The notes below the pieces were generated by a model. The model saw nothing but the letters and a program-made list of their open reading frames with translations, was not told the origin of the DNA and ran no database searches. Below are positions 58,474-64,000 of a DNA stretch of 64,000 bases, piece after piece. A program made the position numbers and the translations under genes. This DNA is from Thermoanaerobaculia bacterium (GTDB lineage: Bacteria; Acidobacteriota; Thermoanaerobaculia; Multivoradales; Multivoraceae), in the NCBI GenBank assembly GCA_963664405.1, contig OY761158.1, positions 3,840,001 to 3,904,000 of the forward strand, given 5' to 3'. Numbering within the stretch: the stretch's first letter is position 1; each line of letters opens with the position of its first letter.

Positions 58474-59097
58474 ATGAAGAAAACAGTGAGTAACGTAGCC
58501 TTCAGCCCCACTGTCAGGGCCACACAGGAGCGCCTCGGATCAAGGCCCACCTACGCCCGCATGGAGCAGTTGGCCGGCTGGCAGTCGGCCATCAATCCGG
58601 ACTTGGAGCGCTTCATCGCTGAGCGGGACTCGTTCTATCTAGGCACTGTGAGTGCCGACGGCCAGCCCTATGTGCAACACAGGGGCGGCCCGAAGGGCCT
58701 CCTCAAGGTGATCGACGAGCACACTCTGGCGTTCGCCGACTTCGGCGGAAACCGGCAGTACATCTCGATGGGAAACCTGGAGGACAACCCCAAGGCTTTC
58801 ATCTTTCTGATGGACTACCCGAACCGCCGCCGGATCAAGATCTGGGGCCGGGCCGAGGTGGTCGAGGACGACCAGGCTCTGCTGCGGCAGCTCGCCGATC
58901 CTGACTACAAGGCCACTCCGGAGAGGGTCTTCCGGTTTCGCGTCGAGGCCTGGGATGTGAACTGCAGGCAGCACATCACCCGTAGATTCACAGAGGAAGA
59001 TATCGGCCCTGAAATGAAGGAGTTACGAAATCGCGTCGCGCAGTTGGAAGGGGAGCTTCACGAGCTCAGAAAGAGCGCTCTCACTTCCGGTCCCTGA
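58474..59097 (+). CDS. Pyridoxamine 5'-phosphate oxidase-family FMN-binding protein
   Basis: FIAERDSFYLGTV..DGQPYVQHRGGPKG, ADFGGNRQYISMGNL, RRIKIWG and WDVNCRQHI motifs. Confidence 0.92.
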   Translation: MKKTVSNVAFSPTVRATQERLGSRPTYARMEQLAGWQSAINPDLERFIAERDSFYLGTVSADGQPYVQHRGGPKGLLKVIDEHTLAFADFGGNRQYISMGNLEDNPKAFIFLMDYPNRRRIKIWGRAEVVEDDQALLRQLADPDYKATPERVFRFRVEAWDVNCRQHITRRFTEEDIGPEMKELRNRVAQLEGELHELRKSALTSGP

Positions 59098-59219
59098 TTT
59101 TCTTGTGCTAGGAGCGTGTATCTGGACTCCAATGTCAACAGGGGTGGGTCGGTCTTCTTGTTTTTGATAGAGGTTTCCTTGGTGTGTAATCACAGGCAGT
59201 ATGGAGGTCGATGGTGAGT

Positions 59220-59400
59220 CAAGACAGCAGACGTATCTCCGGCCTGTAGTGGGCGATTATTAGCGCCGGGCCATGATGAAGAAATGCGCGTGAGGGAGCC
59301 GAATCGTCCGAAAGGGCCTCGAAGGCCAACGCTCCTATCGGCTTTTCCCCCCACGCCAGTCTGACTGGAAACCATCAGAATTCTCTACTCGCGCTGTCGG
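59220..59400 (-). ncRNA. Putative bridge RNA / seekRNA of the IS1111 element (ends approximate)
   Basis: Stem GCGUGGGGGG..AGCCGA / UCGGCU.CCCUCACGC encloses an internal loop carrying UAGGAGCGU and UCGGAC (target halves). A second loop carries UUCAUCAU and AGAUA (element ends). Confidence 0.85.
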
Positions 59401-59466
59401 AGTGTTTGTGAGTGTTCAATTTGAAGTCTTCGGGTGCGTTGGGGTCCAGAGATCGAGGCCAAGGGC

Positions 59467-60507
59467 TCAGGCCGTGACTTGCCGTGGAGGCTGCAGCTGG
59501 AAGGAGGTCTCGTGGGTCCAGACCGCCCAGACAACGCGTGCGAGCTTGTTGGCGAGGGCAACGGCGGCCCGGTTCCGTCCCCGCGAGCTCTCGACTCTGA
59601 GGGCCCACTGTTCGAGCCTACCGGCGGGTCCCTTTCTCCTCGCCCAGCTGAGCACCGACCTGGCGCCATGAATGAGGAGAGTTCGTAAGTACGCGTCCCC
59701 GCGTTTGCTGATCCTGCCGAGCCACCGCCGAGCGCCACTGGAGTGTTCCCTGGGAGTCAGTCCGAGATAGCTGGCGAGATGCCGGCCGCTTTTGAAGCGG
59801 CGAATGTCTCCGATCCAAGCGACCATGGCTGTGGCCGTGAGTACGCCTACGCCCTTGATCGTCAGGAGTCGCTTCACGGCCTCGTCCTGGCGCGCGAGGG
59901 CTTGGATCTGTGCCTCGAGCTCTTGGATCTTCGTGGTCAGCTCGTCGATGTGGTCACAGATGCTTTCGAAAAAGGGTCGCAAGACGAGCGGGATCTCGGT
60001 ATCCGGATCCGCGAGCCAGACGCGGACGCGCGGCAGGACCTGGGCGCGTCCCTGGGGCAGAAAGAGCCCGAGCTCTCGTAGGTGCCCGCGCAGAGCATTG
60101 ATGTGGGCGGTGCGATCGTCCATGAACGACGAACGGATGCGATGGAGCGTGGTCATCGTCTGCTGCTCGAGCGATTTGACCGGTACGGGTAGGATGTCCT
60201 CGTTTCGATGCGCCTCGAGCATGCCCGTGGTATCCGTTCGATCCGATTTATTGCGCAACACATAGCGCCGGGTGAAATGCGGTGGCAGCAGGATCACCTC
60301 GTGGCCGAGACTCTGAATACGCCGGCCCCAGTAGTGCGCCGAACCGCAGGCTTCCATGAGGACGGTCGCGGGCTTGATCTGCGCGAAGAACCTGAGGAAT
60401 TTCGCCCTTCGCACGCGCTGCCTCTCGGCGACCTTACCCGGCTCGTAAGACACCGCGATCTCGAAGACATCCTTGGCGATATCGACTGCGATACGTGTAC
60501 TCTTCAT
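59467..60507 (-). CDS. IS110-family DEDD transposase/recombinase (346 aa)
   Basis: AVDIAK, MEACG, KSDRTD (DEDD RuvC-like) and GLTPREHSSG (catalytic Ser), ISKRGD, ALANKLAR. Start is ATG 60507 after a GGGAG Shine-Dalgarno. Confidence 0.97.
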   Translation of the reverse strand: MKSTRIAVDIAKDVFEIAVSYEPGKVAERQRVRRAKFLRFFAQIKPATVLMEACGSAHYWGRRIQSLGHEVILLPPHFTRRYVLRNKSDRTDTTGMLEAHRNEDILPVPVKSLEQQTMTTLHRIRSSFMDDRTAHINALRGHLRELGLFLPQGRAQVLPRVRVWLADPDTEIPLVLRPFFESICDHIDELTTKIQELEAQIQALARQDEAVKRLLTIKGVGVLTATAMVAWIGDIRRFKSGRHLASYLGLTPREHSSGARRWLGRISKRGDAYLRTLLIHGARSVLSWARRKGPAGRLEQWALRVESSRGRNRAAVALANKLARVVWAVWTHETSFQLQPPRQVTA

Positions 60508-60931
60508 CGTGGACTCCCTTTCTACGATCAACGTTTGCGACTTAGGTGACCCCTGGCACATAGATGCCGAAGTCACCGGGGAGTCCATTTCATCATCCGA
60601 GTATTCGTCCTGAGCCGTTTCCGTGAGCGAATAGGAAGCAACGCCCAAGTGCGCCGTCCTCGGCGCCAAGAGACAACTAGGCGGAGGAAATGATAGCCAT
60701 CATTTCTGGAGCCTAGGTTTTTTCGGTGCCAGCCCGTTCTCCATCCCGCTTCGGGTCCTGCCGCCGCGCTGTTCGCTGCGGCGTTCATTGCAGAGAGCCG
60801 GCGCCTAGAGCCTCGGAGTGCGCTAGCAGACGAGAGCTTCCTGAAGCACCCGTTCGTTGAATTGGAGCCAGCTCAGCTCCCGGTTCGAGTAGTAGGTAGA
60901 ATGGCCGAGATTTGAGCATCGAGGTGCGAGA

Positions 60932-61498
60932 TTGAAGGTCTTGGTCATCCTCCGACACGGTAAGTCCGCCAGTTACTCGCCGACCGGAGAGGACCGTGAT
61001 CGCCCATTGCGGAAGCGAGGCAGAAGAGCCGTCGAGAGCGTTGCGCTTCGGCTTGCAGAGTCGGAGATATCCCCCGATCTCATTCTCGTTTCGCCGTCTC
61101 GGCGAACCCGCGAGACTGCCGAGACAGCGGTGGAGGCCGCAGGATGGACCTGTCCCACGGTCATCGAGGATCGCCTCTATCACGCGACTGCGGGCTCGGG
61201 GATGGCGCTCTGTCGACAACAGCCCGAGGAGGCTGGGACTGTGCTCGTATCTGCGCACGAGCCCATGTGCTCGGAGCTCATCGCCTTGCTCTGTGACCTC
61301 AGCGAAGAGCCACGCTTCCCGCCGGCGGCCTTCGCCGTGCTCGACTTCGCCGCCGAGAAGTGGAGCGAGATCGGGGTCGGTTCGGCGGCGCTCCGTCTCC
61401 TCGCAACACCCCGCGACCTGTCGAGCACCGCACCGTCCTCGTCGGTCGCCCAGTTCCCACCGTCCGGATTTGTGCCAAAGACCGATTCGGAGTCCTGA
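60932..61498 (+). CDS. SixA-like histidine phosphatase
   Basis: LVILRHGKS, DRPL..RG, SPSRRTRET and AHEP motifs; TAGAAT at 60897-60902. Confidence 0.88.
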   Translation: MKVLVILRHGKSASYSPTGEDRDRPLRKRGRRAVESVALRLAESEISPDLILVSPSRRTRETAETAVEAAGWTCPTVIEDRLYHATAGSGMALCRQQPEEAGTVLVSAHEPMCSELIALLCDLSEEPRFPPAAFAVLDFAAEKWSEIGVGSAALRLLATPRDLSSTAPSSSVAQFPPSGFVPKTDSES

Positions 61499-61547
61499 GA
61501 CTCCGTCGAGAGATACCCAGAAATACGACAAGAGGAAGGTTGATCGA

Positions 61548-62024
61548 ATGAAATTCGCACTTTCAGACATGCAGCTCACCAGCTCGGCCTTCGCCCAGGG
61601 CGGGCCGATTCCCGCACGCCATACCGGCGAGGGCGAAGACACCTCTCCGCCCTTGGAATGGAGCGACGCTCCGGATGGCGCGCGGTCCTTTGCGGTTGTC
61701 TGCCACGATCCCGACGCGCCGGTCGTATCGGCCGGTGGCTACGGTTTCGTGCATTGGGTGCTCTACAACATTCCGGCAGGGGTGACCGGCCTGGCGGAAG
61801 GCGGCGCGGACTATTCAACCGGGCCTTCGGACTTCGGTAAGCTCGGCTACGGAGGTCCTATGCCGCCGAACGGACACGGGACGCATCGCTACTTCTTTTG
61901 GGTGCTTGCGCTAGGTCGCGAGCCGGACCTCGAGCCGGGGCTTACACTGCGCCAGCTACTCGAGACGATCGAGCCGGACGTTCTCGGGATGAACCGCCTG
62001 CTGGGGACCTACGAGCGAGAGTAG
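61548..62024 (+). CDS. YbhB/YbcL family (PEBP/RKIP-like) protein
   Basis: LTSSAF..GG.IP, SPPLEW, HDPDAP, FVHWVLYNIP and YGGPMPPNGHGTHRYFF motifs. Start reassigned to ATG 61548. Confidence 0.93.
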   Translation: MKFALSDMQLTSSAFAQGGPIPARHTGEGEDTSPPLEWSDAPDGARSFAVVCHDPDAPVVSAGGYGFVHWVLYNIPAGVTGLAEGGADYSTGPSDFGKLGYGGPMPPNGHGTHRYFFWVLALGREPDLEPGLTLRQLLETIEPDVLGMNRLLGTYERE

Positions 62025-62088
62025 AAATCGTACGGCCGCTGCGTTAGCAGGGCTGCTCCTCGTCTTCTGGGTTGCCGCCCCGGCCGTC

Positions 62089-63528
62089 GTGTCTCATCTC
62101 GCCGCCGACGAGCCGCTATGGCTCGAGACGGTGGTGCTCGAGGAATTCCAGCCGGCGCAGGGCCTGGCCTTTCGCAGCCGGCTTCCGAGTGGGTCGGACT
62201 CGCGATGGAGTCCTCGCTTCACGACCGTCTTCGAGGACGGTAAGCCTCTCGAAAGGGTCAGTCGGCCGGCCGTTCAGAGAGCACCTGGCGCTTTCGCGAT
62301 CGGCAAGGTAGCGTTTTTGAGCCCCAGCGATCGATCCGATCCGAGGTCGAGCAGCCGGGTCTACGAGGCTCGTCTGCCCGGACGTATCTCGTCCGCCATT
62401 GCCACGTCTCTGGTCTTCCTGTTCTTCGGGCTGCACGTCGCGGTCGTTCTCCTCTTTCTGCCCTCCTTGCTGCGCCACCGCCCTTCGGCGCCCGCACTTC
62501 TCTTCGTCGGACTGGCCCTCGCGGGCTTCGCCATCACGCGCGGCGTCGCTGATCGGCTGCCGCTGACGGCGGGCACGGACCTCCTCGGCGAGCGCTTGGA
62601 CCGCATTCGCGACGACAAGGACGCCTTCGATGCCCTCTTTCTCGGCTCCAGCCGCGTCTACCGTCAGCTCGACCCTCGCGTGTTCGACGAGGTGTTCGCG
62701 GAGCGCGGGGAGACGATGAGATCGTTCAATCTGGGTACACCTGGCACCCGCATGTTCGAGGTTCTCGACACTGCCCGCTGGGTGCTCGCGCTGCGACCCA
62801 AGCGCCTACGTCTACTGGTGGTCGATTGCAGCAGCGATCCGATGCGCGTCGAGCGGGAGAACCTGCAGACCGCCAGAGTCATTCGTTACCACGGCGTCCG
62901 CAATACGGTCATCTTTCTTCGTGCGATTGCGGCTTCTCGTGACAGCCCCGCGGAGAAACTGGTCGAAGCGGGCCGGCATCTGTTTCCGGCGGCCTTGCAG
63001 ATTGGCAACGTAGGGCGGGGTCTCGGTTGGGTCGCTTCGGCTACCGGCGAGCGCAGCCCCTTCGTTCCGGCGCGGAATCAAGGCTACTTTTCGCTAGATG
63101 AGCAGTTCCGGCAGCCCGACCGACAACGCTACGAAGCCCTCGAGCTCAGCAAACGATACCAAGATCTGCACTCGGATCTAGAGCACTACGGCGAACTGGT
63201 GCGGCGGCTGCCCGGTCGACAAAAGAGGCGGCCGAAGCTCGACGAGCTCGAGATCGCGCTCTTTCGCACCCTCCAGGAAGAAGCCGGGAACGAGGGAGTC
63301 CGCGTTGTCTTCCTGATCGATCCTCGAGTCCTGCCGCGACACGATCTCGTAGCCGCCTTCGAGCTCGGTGCCGTCGAGAGCCTGCTGCGCTTCGACAACC
63401 CTGAGCGCTTCCCCGCTCTCTACGAACCCTCGAACCGCTTCGACATTCACCATCTGAACGAGCGCACTGCACAGATCTACACCCGCCTCGTGGCCGAGAG
63501 CCTCCTAGAGCTGGAGGAGTCGAGATGA
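62089..63528 (+). CDS. Membrane-anchored SGNH-like protein (AlgJ/DltD-like partner of MBOAT)
   Basis: TM helices, LFLGSSR, SFNLG and terminal FDIHHLN (DxxH); ATGA overlap with the MBOAT gene. The 5' end is problematic (see findings). Confidence 0.7.
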   Translation: MSHLAADEPLWLETVVLEEFQPAQGLAFRSRLPSGSDSRWSPRFTTVFEDGKPLERVSRPAVQRAPGAFAIGKVAFLSPSDRSDPRSSSRVYEARLPGRISSAIATSLVFLFFGLHVAVVLLFLPSLLRHRPSAPALLFVGLALAGFAITRGVADRLPLTAGTDLLGERLDRIRDDKDAFDALFLGSSRVYRQLDPRVFDEVFAERGETMRSFNLGTPGTRMFEVLDTARWVLALRPKRLRLLVVDCSSDPMRVERENLQTARVIRYHGVRNTVIFLRAIAASRDSPAEKLVEAGRHLFPAALQIGNVGRGLGWVASATGERSPFVPARNQGYFSLDEQFRQPDRQRYEALELSKRYQDLHSDLEHYGELVRRLPGRQKRRPKLDELEIALFRTLQEEAGNEGVRVVFLIDPRVLPRHDLVAAFELGAVESLLRFDNPERFPALYEPSNRFDIHHLNERTAQIYTRLVAESLLELEESR

Positions 63529-64000
63529 TCTTCACCGAATTTCGTTTCCTCTTTTTCTTCGTTGCCGTCTTCGTCGTCTACTGGACTCTGACCTCGCTGC
63601 CGGCCAGGAAGCTCTGGCTGCTGATCGCGAGCTACACCTTCTATGGCGCCTGGGACTGGCGCTTTCTGTCGCTGATCGTGCTCTCGACGCTGGTCGACTA
63701 CTGCGCCGGTTTGCAGATGGCGAAAGACAGACCCGCTGGAGGTCGCCGCTTCTGGCTGATCGCCAGTCTGGTCACCAACCTCGGCATGCTCGGTTTCTTC
63801 AAGTACTTCGGTTTCTTCCTCGATTCGACGGAATCGTTCCTCGACTTCCTCGGTCTGTCGCTCTCGCGGCCGAGCTTGACCGTCATTCTGCCGGTGGGCA
63901 TCAGCTTCTTCACCTTTCAGACCATGAGCTACTCGATCGACGTATACCGACGCCGACTGCAGGCGACCCGCAGCCTGCTCGATCTAGCGCTCTTCGTAGC
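63525..64000 (+). CDS. MBOAT family O-acyltransferase (AlgI/DltB-like), 3'-truncated by the window edge
   Basis: Manual translation gives MIFTEFRFLFFF...LLIASYTFYGAWDWRFL...NLGMLGFFKYF...LPVGISFFTFQTMSYSIDVYR. It is absent from the ORF track because no stop codon falls in the window. Confidence 0.95.
   Translation, partial: MIFTEFRFLFFFVAVFVVYWTLTSLPARKLWLLIASYTFYGAWDWRFLSLIVLSTLVDYCAGLQMAKDRPAGGRRFWLIASLVTNLGMLGFFKYFGFFLDSTESFLDFLGLSLSRPSLTVILPVGISFFTFQTMSYSIDVYRRRLQATRSLLDLALFV

Larger units (their letters stand above)
59120..60595 (-). mobile_element. IS110 family, IS1111 group insertion sequence (about 1.48 kb)
   Basis: Sub-terminal inverted repeats TGGACTCC (59123-59130) and GGAGTCCA (60580-60587), set back from the ends. 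A third copy lies at 60510-60517. There is no target duplication beyond one shared T, and the long non-coding region is 3' of the transposase. Confidence 0.95.
59108..60716. repeat. Repeat family 1, unit B, split by the IS1111 insertion (59108-59119 and 60596-60716)
   Basis: Removing the IS restores CTAGGAGCGTGTCCGAGTATTCG..., the reverse complement of unit A1. Confidence 0.92.

Noticed and set aside
60554-60568. TGGCACATAGATGCC as a sigma54 promoter
   Set aside because: GG-to-GC spacing is one base short, it points away from the transposase, and similar motifs are typical of IS1111 left ends.
60508-60669. 54-aa N-terminal extension of the IS110 ORF in the ORF track
   Set aside because: It runs outside the IS into repeat family 1; the same peptide appears in ORF 39714..41093. 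The start with an RBS is ATG 60507.

Overview
A gene-dense, GC-rich bacterial window, most likely Acidobacteriota (Thermoanaerobaculia-like). That is inferred from a GWxTD/VWA protein, a carboxypeptidase-regulatory-domain barrel protein and a remnant of a Cys-containing domain typical of that group. About 50 CDSs are present: housekeeping genes (iscS-mnmA, rsmI, murA, prmC, prfA, pgi, two PPIases, a SNF2 helicase), two sigma54 regulatory modules, a heavy-metal RND efflux operon with a His-rich RAGPP leader ORF, a catabolic/hydrolase region and the start of an MBOAT locus. No rRNA, tRNA or CRISPR array was seen. The main result is a nested mobile-DNA system readable from the sequence. A complete IS1111-type (IS110 family) element (59120-60595) has inserted into a CTAG-bounded intergenic repeat. 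Its 3' non-coding region folds into a bridge/seek-RNA-like structure. Loop segments match both halves of the reconstructed target (TAGGAGCGT / TCGGAC) and both element ends (TTCATCAT / AGATA). An empty, perfectly matching target sits in an intact copy of the same repeat at 39831-39845. A second CTAG-ended MITE family and an HUH (RAYT-like) transposase with REP-like hairpins are also present. All calls are by eye; no searches or folding programs were run.
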